Source: an uncultured Hormoscilla sp.
GTDB taxonomy: Bacteria; Cyanobacteriota; Cyanobacteriia; Cyanobacteriales; Desertifilaceae
Direction of reading: 5' to 3'
Assembly (NCBI GenBank): GCA_963921275.4
Contig: OZ001293.3
Coordinates: 6,752,001 to 6,816,000 of the forward strand
Length of the DNA: 64,000 nucleotides
Positions 43,071-52,453 of the stretch are shown one piece after another (position 1 is the stretch's first letter; each line of letters begins with the position of its first letter). The notes beneath the pieces were generated by a model that saw only the letters and a program-made list of their open reading frames with translations, had not been told where the DNA came from and searched no databases. The position numbers were made by a program, and so were the translations under genes.

Positions 43071-44465
43071 CTACCGAATAATTTCCTGCCCCAACAGATA
43101 TTGAAGCCCCTCAATCGCTCGATAAGCAGAAACTTTGCCCTCGGTGCGAGCCAGAAATTCCGCTGCTACATCGCTCGCTTGTTTGCCACCGACGCATAAC
43201 TCGCACAGCGTCAGCAAGTCTCGAAGAGGTAAATACATCTTCAGTCGCGGCAAAAATTTCGCATTGTCAGGCGATCGCTCGAAATAGAGAATTTTCGACG
43301 GATCGAGGGAGATTTGAAATCGACGCCGCTGCCAAAACTCAGAATTCGCCCAGCGCTTTTCTAAAGTATAATACTGGCGTCGGTCTTCTAAATACAGTTC
43401 AAACTGACGCCGAGTTTGCGATTCGTACTCGACAAGGGCTTCTCCATCCCCGGTGAAATAGCTGGCGATCGCCTCTGCCGCCCGAATGCCCGAGCGCAAT
43501 GCCTTGTAAATACCTGCCGAAGAAAGCGGATCGAAAGTGCAAGCCGCATCCCCAACTGCCAGCCAACCATCCCCCGCCATCATATCTAAATACTGGGAAA
43601 AAGCTGGTTGAATCTGAAGCTCGGACTTCCGCCGAGGTTGTTTTGCTGCAGGCGGTGAAAAAATAGGAATAGCAGTGGCGCCTGCAACCAGTTCGAGAAC
43701 GTGACGGGTTTTCGCCAGATTTGCCTGCCAACTTTCCCAACGAGAGAATTGATGCTCTCGCCACCGTTCGCGATCGCTCATCAAAGTGACAATGGCGCGA
43801 TTGTCGGGCAAGCGAGCCGCATACCACCAACCCAACTCCGCCGCTTCTACCAAGGTGTAACAATCTTTCTTTGCTTTCTCCTCAAACTCAAACACTGCGG
43901 CAATTCCCAACAGGCTATCCATCCGCACGGGATTGGCGCCTTGTTTTGTCGCAAATACGCACCGACGCCCGGTGGCATCGACGACGAAAGAGGTTTTTAA
44001 CTGGAATCGCAAACCATTTCCATCCAGAAGCACTAAACTCCATTTACCGTTGTTAAGGCGATCGCACCCCACCAGCCGCACGCCTCGCCTTAAAATCGCG
44101 CCCCTTTCTGCCGCCGCCTCTGCCAGGGAGGCATCGAACCGAGCTCGGTTCAAATGCCAACCGTTTCCCTCCAGAGAGAAAAAGAAATCCTGATAACCTA
44201 ACTCCGAGCTACCCCATGCCGAGCGGTTGCCCACAGAGGGGAGATGTTCTCCTGGCTCCAGGATATCTAGGACTCCTAATTGCGTCAGAGGCGATCGGAT
44301 ATTCGGCGGAACCGTTTCGCCGATGCGAAAGCGATTCTGGCAAGACTTTTCCAAAATCGCTACTCGCTTGTCTCCTTGCTGTTGGAGGGCGATCGCAGTA
44401 GCAGCCCCAGCAGGGCCGCCACCGATAATCGCCACATCGATCTCCAATGGGAAGCAATTAGCCAT
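43071..44465 (-). CDS. lodB: LodB/GoxB-type FAD-dependent flavoprotein (CTQ maturation)
   Basis: GGGPAG, VDATGR, GWWY, AVGDAA..DPLSSAGI; overlaps the lodA-like stop. Confidence 0.85.
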   Translation of the reverse strand: MANCFPLEIDVAIIGGGPAGAATAIALQQQGDKRVAILEKSCQNRFRIGETVPPNIRSPLTQLGVLDILEPGEHLPSVGNRSAWGSSELGYQDFFFSLEGNGWHLNRARFDASLAEAAAERGAILRRGVRLVGCDRLNNGKWSLVLLDGNGLRFQLKTSFVVDATGRRCVFATKQGANPVRMDSLLGIAAVFEFEEKAKKDCYTLVEAAELGWWYAARLPDNRAIVTLMSDRERWREHQFSRWESWQANLAKTRHVLELVAGATAIPIFSPPAAKQPRRKSELQIQPAFSQYLDMMAGDGWLAVGDAACTFDPLSSAGIYKALRSGIRAAEAIASYFTGDGEALVEYESQTRRQFELYLEDRRQYYTLEKRWANSEFWQRRRFQISLDPSKILYFERSPDNAKFLPRLKMYLPLRDLLTLCELCVGGKQASDVAAEFLARTEGKVSAYRAIEGLQYLLGQEIIR

Positions 44466-46282
44466 GAGGCAATTCTGACGATCGGGCAACTTCAGCAAAA
44501 TATTGCTTTAGTCCGTCTTTCGGGCCGACATCAAAAACGAATCCCAGTTGATACCATTTTTCCACCATCTCTATATCCTCAGGAAATATCATGTAATCGG
44601 GGCGGTTTTGATCGTAATCCGTTCCCACCCAAGGTACTTGCCGGCCTTTAATCATTTCATCAGTCCTGGCAGGATCTTCCTCCAAATACACGAATAACGG
44701 GCGTTGAGCCGGCCACCACCAAACAATTCGGTCGAGGAGTTGAGCAGAACATTCATTGAAGTCCGCTTGCCAAGGTAAAGCCATAAACTTGGTAACATCC
44801 CCTGGTTCCAGACCCGCGTCCAAGTCCATCCCTAAACTAAGTTCATTTGAAGTCATTGACCTGTGTTTGAGACGGAAAGGTTCCGAGTATATCTTGGGAT
44901 TGCGGCAAATCCAGGTCATTTCAATCCCCGGCGAAAAAGCTCCTCCCACGCAGTTCTCCAGCGATGCAATCGTTAGTTTCTCTGCTGCATCTGGCTCGTT
45001 ATTACTAGAACCATTACTAAATTTGCCCTCTGCCCATTGCTGTAGCAAGAAATACTGAGTATCGGTTAAAGTCAGATATTTAGACGACTTCTGGCTCGAA
45101 CCTGTAGCATCGTCCCCCGCCAAATAGGGCATCATCGGGTAGCCGGTGGTTTTGGACTTCAAAGTGTTTTTCTGATTGGGCGGTCGAATCTGGCTGAAAA
45201 AGTATTGCCGCAAACCGTTGTATTTTGCTTCGGGGTTCCCTAGTAAATTGTAGTCAAAGGTATGGGGTTTAGGCGGCATAGCAGTCACCCAGGGAAACAT
45301 GGAAGCCCGTTCTAGTATCGGTTTAATTTCCTGAGCGAAGTTGGGATGGTAATTATATTGCCAAAAACCATCCTTGTAAATATCTTTCCGATATTTCATG
45401 TTGCGAACTGCGACATCCAGCATCGTGTCGTAAAGCGTCACCAGATTCAGAATCTGGGGAGCATAGGCCGGTGGAGCCACCAATACCCAAGCCGGAGAAT
45501 TTACTTTGACGGAAGATCCGGCGTCATTTAGAAACACTTCTGCTGAAACCGTGCCGTCGGAGGTGTCATCCCACCAACCGTCACTATTTGCATAATCCTG
45601 CATCTCGGGCGGGTCGTTTTTGGAACCGGAGCGACCAAATCCACCAGCAAAAATCAGGTGTCCTTTTACATCCAGGTACATTTCTCCAAGCCGGTCAATG
45701 GTCTTATTATTAATGCTAATGTCGGGAACTTGAGGATATAGCTGTGTCTGCTGCGGCCAGGTTCCTCCGCAATGGCGATCGAAAAGGACCAGTTTTTGCA
45801 CAACCGTCATTTGTGTCTATAGTCTTGCTGCCTGGATCGATGATTAGTCTATGCCTTTCTTCATCACCCTTTACGTCGCTGTTTCGTAAAGGATGGTTGG
45901 GGGCGTATCCATCTTCTCCGTTTTTGGTCTGGAACTGATACCAGCTTGCCTTTTTATTGGCAATCCAAACTGTCCACTTAATCCTAGTAACAGCTTTTCC
46001 ATTGATCTGTGAGTTCAGTTCGACTTCTATGGGATTTGTATCATTTTCGCTTTTGTAGTGGTAAATCCGAAACCGCACGGCTTGTCGGCGCATTTTGCCG
46101 TTGCTATCTCGGAAGTCATTGCGACTGAATTGGCCTGCTTCCTGGATGGGAAGTTTTACTGTTCCATTTTCGGTGGTTAAGGGAGTGGGAAGACCTCCTG
46201 CGGTTTCTGGAGCTAGATAAAACTCCTCACTGTTGCCTACTCGGGCAACGCCGATAGCCGGGAAAATTTTATAAATTCCCAT
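44458..46282 (-). pseudogene. lodA: LodA/GoxA-family CTQ-dependent amino-acid oxidase with one frameshift (about 45780-45810)
   Basis: KIFPAIGVARVGNS, ANKKASWY, WWDDTSDG, CVGGAFSPGIE, PWQADFNEC (Asp/Cys), WWWPAQRP (Trp). Confidence 0.88.
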
Positions 46283-46460
46283 TGTTGTTTCCTCCTTTTA
46301 TTAGGATTCCGGTCAATTGATTGCTGTTGGGAAAGATAGCTGTTGGGTTATAATGGACTTGTAGTTTAATAACATACCGGGAAAGTTGGGTTTCCTTGCA
46401 CGGAACCCTACCTAGGATTTGTTTTCGCTGGTACTTTATTTTTGAGCAAGTCCCTAATTA

Positions 46461-46950
46461 TCAACTCCGGCGGTCTTTAAGGATATCGACAATGTTTTCA
46501 AGGGCATCCTGAATGCCGTGTAAGACCCTCTCCGTCTCCGTCGATTCCGAAAGTTCCTTGATTTTGATTTCGAGTTCGCCTTCCTTGATGTCGATCTCGG
46601 CCATCGGGGCAGCCATCTGGGGAATAGCATTGTCAATGGCATTCCTAACTGTCTTTAAGGTGGCGATCGTCGATGAATACGAAAGATTTGTTCCAGCCAG
46701 GATTGACTCGATCTTTTCCTTGAGTCCTTGTAAAGCCTCGCTGATATTGCTCGAACCAGTTGCGCTGTACTCATAACTCGGGCCAGCAGTAGGACCGAGA
46801 GTTGCATCGCCGTCTGCCATCGCTGGCGTTTGCATCAACTGAGTGGAGAGGGTGGGAAATACGCTATGCATGAGGGTGACAACTACGGTGAAGTATGAAT
46901 CTTCGTCGTTACTGAATATTGCTTCTAGTGCTTCAACCAAAATACTGTCT
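46461..46950 (-). pseudogene. C-terminal remnant of a ferritin-like (VioB/RebD-related) protein
   Basis: LM..V..LSTQLMQTP...GPTAGPSYEY motif; no plausible N-terminus. Confidence 0.55.
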
Positions 46951-47034
46951 GGAGAGCGCTATTCGCACTACTCCTCTAGACATTGAGCGCTAGATTACAA
47001 AAGTGATCTGCTGCCTGCACATTACTTGCGACTC

Positions 47035-47247
47035 ACTATAGTTCCCTCATAATTAACCTTTTTCTCAACGACAATCAACCTTTATCCACCTTTTTCACTG
47101 AAAACATCCACCTATTTTTGCCTACCTGCACAAAATGGTAATTTGTCAATCCTCCTCGAATCAACCTATTTTTGCCTACCTGCACAAAATGGCAATTTGT
47201 CTATCCCCCAAAATTAACCTATTTGGGCATCTAAAATCAACCTTTTT
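47035..47247 (-). promoter_or_regulatory. Promoter region with 7 copies of ATY(A/C)ACCT(A/T)T and a duplicated ~40-bp block
   Basis: Motifs at about 47052, 47074, 47084, 47106, 47160, 47213, 47236; TATAGT (minus strand) near 47035-47040. Confidence 0.65.
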
Positions 47248-47352
47248 GGCATGAGATTCGCCGGTTGGGGGCGCGAGCCCTTTCCATCCTCGAAGGAGGC
47301 GAGAAGATCTCAGAACCACAACCACCGGCGATCGCACTTCAGCAGAATCCAC

Positions 47353-47390
47353 AAAAAAAAGCGCTCACACCGAAAGAAGCGTGAGCGCTT
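47353..47390 (-). terminator. Terminator after the AAA_35 gene
   Basis: AAGCGCTCAC...GTGAGCGCTT followed by a T run (minus strand). Confidence 0.75.
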
Positions 47391-47412
47391 AGTTTCCTTG
47401 TAGAATGCCAGA

Positions 47413-48732
47413 TTACAACTGGTCCCGAAAATACTGCCGATACAACTGGCAGCTAGCCATCACTTGATTGTGCTCCTTGCGGACCAGTCCCAAACAAATG
47501 AGCCCAAATGTCTGTTTTTGCTCTAATACTATCGGGGTTTCTGCTGTCACCACCTGCCGATAAGCCCCCAGAAGATAGGGGAAGTCTTGAAGAACCTGTA
47601 AGAGCGCGTGCAAATGGTCGCTAAAAATTCCCGTATCGGTGGCGGCACTTGCTCGCAACTGGTTCCAGTCCAGCTCGTAACGGGCCGCTTGGTAAAAGAG
47701 CTTGCGCGTTAGATAGGGAAAGCCCCCGACGAAAGACTGTAACTGAGTCAACTCCTGAGATGATAGGGGCAATTGGTGTCGTTGGGCCAAATCCTGTACC
47801 TGCAACGGGGTAAATGGTGGCAATTCTCGAACTAATCCGACATTCAAGGGCGACTTATTGAGTTCTGAATGAATATAAGTATTGGTAGAGTGGCAGGCAA
47901 CGATCCGGAGCTGTTGGCAGACGGGGCAATCTTTGGCCTCTTCGTGCCAGAATTGCAGTAGGGCCAAAAAATCGCGGGCAATGGCTGGATGCGACTCCAA
48001 CAACCGATTCACCTCATCCAGCCCTAAGACTATGGGATGGGAGATTTGCGCTAGGAGATACTTCTGGAAATAGAGATAACAGTTGGTCAAAGTCCCGATA
48101 TCCTCATTCCAATAGGAGCCTAACTCTTCGATATGAGCTTCGAGTCCCAACTGTAGAGTCATGTTGGCGCAGAACCACCGGAAAAACCGAACTGGCGATC
48201 GCAAAACAGTGCTACCGGCGCGATTCAGATTCAAACGGACGGTATGGTAGTGCTGTGTTTCGGCATGGGCCAGTATTCGGGTCAGAAGAGTAGTTTTGCC
48301 GATTTTACCTGGCCCTTTGAGGCTAATTACAGCCCCCGGTTCCAGGATTTCCTCGTACAAGCTCTGCTCCAATACCGGGCGCTCGATATAAAAAGGAGAC
48401 CCTAGGGACACTGGTCCCTCTGGCGATTCTAGCTTTACTGGCCTCACTTTTGTCTTGGAGATGGATTCTCGGCGTTCTTTGAGAATCAAGCCACAGTTGG
48501 CTTTGGTCACTTTTTTCCCAAAGGTCTGTGAAAGCAGGTGCCATAACTGGGGGATGACTTTCTTTTTCAGGTAGTTGGCAGAGTAGCCGCATTCAGAGGC
48601 AATGCGATCGTAGGTTTTTTTTTGGTCTTGGCAACATTCTCGCAAAACGAACTGTTGCATGTCGTTCAGAGATACGCCCATTTGGCGGGATATGGCAGCC
48701 TCGGCAAAGTTTACTAGTTCCTCTGTATTCAT
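47413..48732 (-). CDS. N-terminal HTH + AAA_35 (STAND-like) ATPase
   Basis: TYDRIASECGYSANYLK..LW.LLS...GKKVTK N-domain; PEGPVSLGSPFYIER, GPGKIGKTT, LGLDEV. Confidence 0.85.
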   Translation of the reverse strand: MNTEELVNFAEAAISRQMGVSLNDMQQFVLRECCQDQKKTYDRIASECGYSANYLKKKVIPQLWHLLSQTFGKKVTKANCGLILKERRESISKTKVRPVKLESPEGPVSLGSPFYIERPVLEQSLYEEILEPGAVISLKGPGKIGKTTLLTRILAHAETQHYHTVRLNLNRAGSTVLRSPVRFFRWFCANMTLQLGLEAHIEELGSYWNEDIGTLTNCYLYFQKYLLAQISHPIVLGLDEVNRLLESHPAIARDFLALLQFWHEEAKDCPVCQQLRIVACHSTNTYIHSELNKSPLNVGLVRELPPFTPLQVQDLAQRHQLPLSSQELTQLQSFVGGFPYLTRKLFYQAARYELDWNQLRASAATDTGIFSDHLHALLQVLQDFPYLLGAYRQVVTAETPIVLEQKQTFGLICLGLVRKEHNQVMASCQLYRQYFRDQL

Positions 48733-48888
48733 TGCGCGATCGGTCTCTATTCTGTATCATCACTTATAAATTATCCCTGAGATATATGTCAAGTGTCATA
48801 AATAAGTAATCCGCCTGTACTATACTATAAGGAAAGAAATCGGCTGATAATTCCGATTTGGGTTAAGTCGTGCCAATGGGAAGAGGGC

Positions 48889-49146
48889 TTACCACTTCAG
48901 GAATGCTGCCTCCACTCCCCGATCGCGCCTAATTTTCCCATCTTTTTCAAACCAGTCAATCACCTGCTGATGGGTGAGTTCTTCGACCGGGACGCCCGTA
49001 TCGGCAGCGATCTGCTTCAATAGTCTTAGTGATGAAATCGTCAATCTAGTCAAAAACTTCTCAGAACTAGATAGTAAAGCTTTGTCTACATCTGCTGACT
49101 CTTCTGGGGTTAAAAATTGCGCTGATGATTCTGGTCCTGCTTCCAT
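48889..49146 (-). CDS. Conserved cyanobacterial hypothetical protein
   Basis: 85-aa ORF, duplicated at 39895-40152. Confidence 0.8.
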   Translation of the reverse strand: MEAGPESSAQFLTPEESADVDKALLSSSEKFLTRLTISSLRLLKQIAADTGVPVEELTHQQVIDWFEKDGKIRRDRGVEAAFLKW

Positions 49147-49617
49147 GCAATTTATCCTACTGATATATTTACTTTAGCTAGCTTTTAAGTCTCATGGCCC
49201 CCCGGGGGTTGCAAACCCACGCTATCCCCCGGGAGCTTGATGTCCCCCCTCCAGGGGACGCGCTAATCGCACTACCCCCAAGACATCATAATCGCACTAC
49301 CCGGGGGATAGCGCCGGCTAATAGCTAAAGTCGGTTACCACTTTCGATCTTGCACCATTCTCGATAAGCCTCATGGCCCGCCGTGGGTTCAAACCCACGG
49401 CTAATAGCTTAAGTGGGTTAAAACCCACTGGAAGCCTTGTCGCTGAAAGGATTTCCCCTCGTTCCCCTCGTTCCCAGGCGGAGCCTAGGAACGAGTTCTA
49501 GAGGCGTCCCCTCTAGTTGACAATGGTGCAAGATATGAGTTAAAACCGACTAAGAGGATAATCCTGAGAATAATTGTAGCATTTTTTTCTAAGATGGTAT
49601 AACTCAATAGCCGTAAT

Positions 49618-50238
49618 TTATTTACTTGTCCCTACCTGCAATACCTGCTTTGCTGTCAAAGGTGACTCTTGACCCAATTCTGACAGTAGAACAGAGGCGA
49701 TCGCATCATCTCCCGCAAACACTGCCTCGCAATATTGTCCCGCCACCAGACTCAATACTGTAATCTGCTTCTGGATCGGGTCAATTATCCAATATTCGGC
49801 AATTTGGAGGGCTTGGTATTGCGATCGCTTGTAGCGATAATCTCGGTCTGCATTTTCCCGTCCGGGACTGACTACCTCCACCATTAACTGCGGCGGCGGC
49901 ATATCGGGCATCACAATTGAACGACTTGCCCCTTCCAATGCTTGCGCTAATTCCTCTGTCAGCACCGTAAAATCTGGGAGTCGCACTGATGAGCGCGTTC
50001 CACTCACCGCCACTTCTATCCCAATCCTCAACCGATAAAACTCAATCCCTAGTTGCAGAAAATAGGCAAACAAAAAAGAAGCAATTCGTTGATTTACGTC
50101 GCTCTCACTTGACATAAACAGTAGTCTCCCATCCTCTAGCTCATAACGAGCATCTGTACCATCATCATAGTTGAGGAAGTCTTCCAAGGACATGATTGAG
50201 GATGTCACCTCGTCCCTTGTAGTCAGTGCATTCGTCAT
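49618..50238 (-). CDS. Uma2-family endonuclease
   Basis: RYELEDG, R.PD, VEVVSP, YKRSQY, EYWIIDP. Confidence 0.92.
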   Translation of the reverse strand: MTNALTTRDEVTSSIMSLEDFLNYDDGTDARYELEDGRLLFMSSESDVNQRIASFLFAYFLQLGIEFYRLRIGIEVAVSGTRSSVRLPDFTVLTEELAQALEGASRSIVMPDMPPPQLMVEVVSPGRENADRDYRYKRSQYQALQIAEYWIIDPIQKQITVLSLVAGQYCEAVFAGDDAIASVLLSELGQESPLTAKQVLQVGTSK

Positions 50239-50339
50239 GCTATCATTCCTCCCATAACCTCAGTTTGGCGATCTTTATAAATCCTAGCAATTATCGTGCC
50301 CGCGATCGCAGACATATTTCTGGCATTAGTAGCCGGAGT

Positions 50340-50960
50340 TTATTTACTTGTCCCTACTTGCAATACCTGCATTGCTGTCAAAGGTGATTCTTGACCCAAT
50401 TTTGACAGCAGCGCCGACGCGATCGCATCATCCCCGGCAAACACTGCTTCTTCATAAAGTCCCTCCACCAGAGTCAATACCGTAATCTGCTCCTGTATCG
50501 GGTCAACTATCCAATATTCGGCAATTTGGAGGGCTTGGTATTGCGATCGCTTGTAGCGATAATCTCTATCTGCATTTTCCCGTCCGGGGCTGACTACTTC
50601 CACCACTAACTGCGGCGGCGGCATATCAGGCTTCACCATGGAACGACTTGCCCCTTCCAATGCTTGCACTAATTCCTCTGTCAGCACCATCAAATCTGGG
50701 AGTCGCACTGATGAGCGCGTCCCACTCACCGCCACTTCTGTCTTCACGGTCAACCGAGAAAAGGAAATCCCCAGTCCGATAAAATATACCAACAAAAACA
50801 TTGCAATACGTCGATTTACCTCGCTCTCGCAAGGCATAAACAGCAGTCTCCCATCCTCTAACTCATAAAGAGCATCTGTACCATCATCGTAGTTGAGAAA
50901 TTCCGACAAGGACATGACAGAGGATGTCACATCTTCCCCGATCCTGACTGCATTCGTCAT
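50340..50960 (-). CDS. Uma2-family endonuclease (tandem paralogue)
   Basis: Same motifs; shares about 50 bp of upstream sequence with the neighbouring copy. Confidence 0.92.
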   Translation of the reverse strand: MTNAVRIGEDVTSSVMSLSEFLNYDDGTDALYELEDGRLLFMPCESEVNRRIAMFLLVYFIGLGISFSRLTVKTEVAVSGTRSSVRLPDLMVLTEELVQALEGASRSMVKPDMPPPQLVVEVVSPGRENADRDYRYKRSQYQALQIAEYWIVDPIQEQITVLTLVEGLYEEAVFAGDDAIASALLSKLGQESPLTAMQVLQVGTSK

Positions 50961-51118
50961 GCTATCATTCCTCCCATAACCTCAGTTTGGCGATCTTTAT
51001 CAATCATAACCTGCCTCCCGTAGCGCAGCGATCGCCACCAACAATTGCTTGGTAGCGGATATTTCTTGTTCTGCTTCCCTGAAATTTATACTACCGATAC
51101 ATTTACGCCAGCCAAATC

Positions 51119-51858
51119 CTAACCCGAGTCAGCTTGCTCTTCTGACCGCGCCGAGATCGAATAACCGCACCTATGTTCGCCATCAATAATCCACTGGGTG
51201 CGTTCCACAAGGCAATCTGGCAGCACGGCAGCAAACATCTCCAACTCGTGGCCGCAGACCGTGGGAAAGGAGGAGGCCACGTCGGCAATGGCACAATTAT
51301 GCTCTACCAAGATGAACCGGCTGCTAGGAGCCTTTTCCGATTTTTCCGGAACGGTGCCATCTGTTTGCACGGGGTGCCACTCGGCCATGTAGCCTTCCGC
51401 TTTTCTCAGTTCGACTAAAGTGGCCACTCGCTCCCGCAATGAACCGGTGCTGAGGCGATCGCGATAGACCTTCGCCTTCCGTTCCCACTGCTTGCGCAGG
51501 ATCGAACTTACCTGGTCTTGTCCTACCGTCTCCGCCAGGGTATCCAGCAGGGACACCGCAAATTCGGCGTGGCTATTGCCGAAGCGATCGCGTCCCTGGC
51601 GACTGAGTTGATAGAGGTACTGGGGGCGTCCCATGGTCTGACCAGTCTCTCCTGGCCACCCCTTCGCTACTTGCTGGTCGATTTTTCGGACCGTCCTCGG
51701 TGCGATCGATCCGGCAGCCTGCAAGTCCTTGAGGTGACGACGGATAGCTTGGGGGCTAATCCCAGATATTGGGCCATTTCCTGAGCCGTTGCTTGACCTT
51801 GCTTGAGCAAATATTGTAGAATGCCTTGTTTGGTGGAGGATTGCTGGGTGGTTGTCAT
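51119..51858 (-). pseudogene. sufR: Fe-S cluster regulator SufR with a 1-bp frameshift near 51762 (possibly an assembly error)
   Basis: MTTTQQSSTKQGILQYLLKQGQ | ISPQAIRRHLKDL..MGRPQ..EHNCAI..VCGHELEMF..HRCGY. Confidence 0.9.
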
Positions 51859-51908
51859 CGTCTTCACAAAACTTTACTTGGCGAACGGCAAAAAAAACTT
51901 GACTTAAA

Positions 51909-51963
51909 CAACACATATGTTACTAAACTATCCTAAGATAGGAGTTAAGCAACAAATAGGTTG
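51909..51963. promoter_or_regulatory. Two SufR operator sites
   Basis: CAAC-N6-GTTA (51909-51922) and CAAC-N6-GTTG (51950-51963) between divergent sufR and ftrC-sufB. Confidence 0.8.
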
Positions 51964-52003
51964 TTTAACCTATTATACCCAGTTTCTTAGATAGGTCACC
52001 TGA

Positions 52004-52363
52004 ATGAACTCAGCAAACGGCACCAAACAAGCAACAGAGAAGAGCCTGGAAGCGATGCGGCACTTCTCGGAGAAATACGCTCAACGAACCAGCACCTACT
52101 TCTGCTCGGATCTCAGCGTCACCGCTGTGGTTGTAGAAGGACTAGCGAAGCACAAGGATGAGTTGGGTGCGCCCCTATGTCCTTGCCGTCACTACGAGGA
52201 CAAACAGGCAGAAGTGGCAGCGGCCTACTGGAATTGCCCCTGCGTGCCCATGCGGGAACGCAAAGAATGCCACTGCATGCTATTCCTGACACCAGACAAC
52301 GACTTTGCTGGCGATATGCAAAAGATTACGGCTGACGAAATTCGATCCCATACCAGTCATTGA
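52004..52363 (+). CDS. ftrC: Ferredoxin-thioredoxin reductase catalytic subunit
   Basis: CPC, CPC and CHC motifs. Confidence 0.95.
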   Translation: MNSANGTKQATEKSLEAMRHFSEKYAQRTSTYFCSDLSVTAVVVEGLAKHKDELGAPLCPCRHYEDKQAEVAAAYWNCPCVPMRERKECHCMLFLTPDNDFAGDMQKITADEIRSHTSH

Positions 52364-52453
52364 GACAGTAGGGGAAATTTAGCCAGTAACTGGCAGCCCC
52401 CGATTGTGCTTTACCCCATTCCCACTCCCTGGCAATATTGAGAGAACACCAAG

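Noticed and set aside
43071..44465. Flavin-dependent halogenase
   Set aside because: No WxWxIP motif (it has GWWYAA) and it is coupled to a lodA-like gene, so LodB/GoxB fits better.
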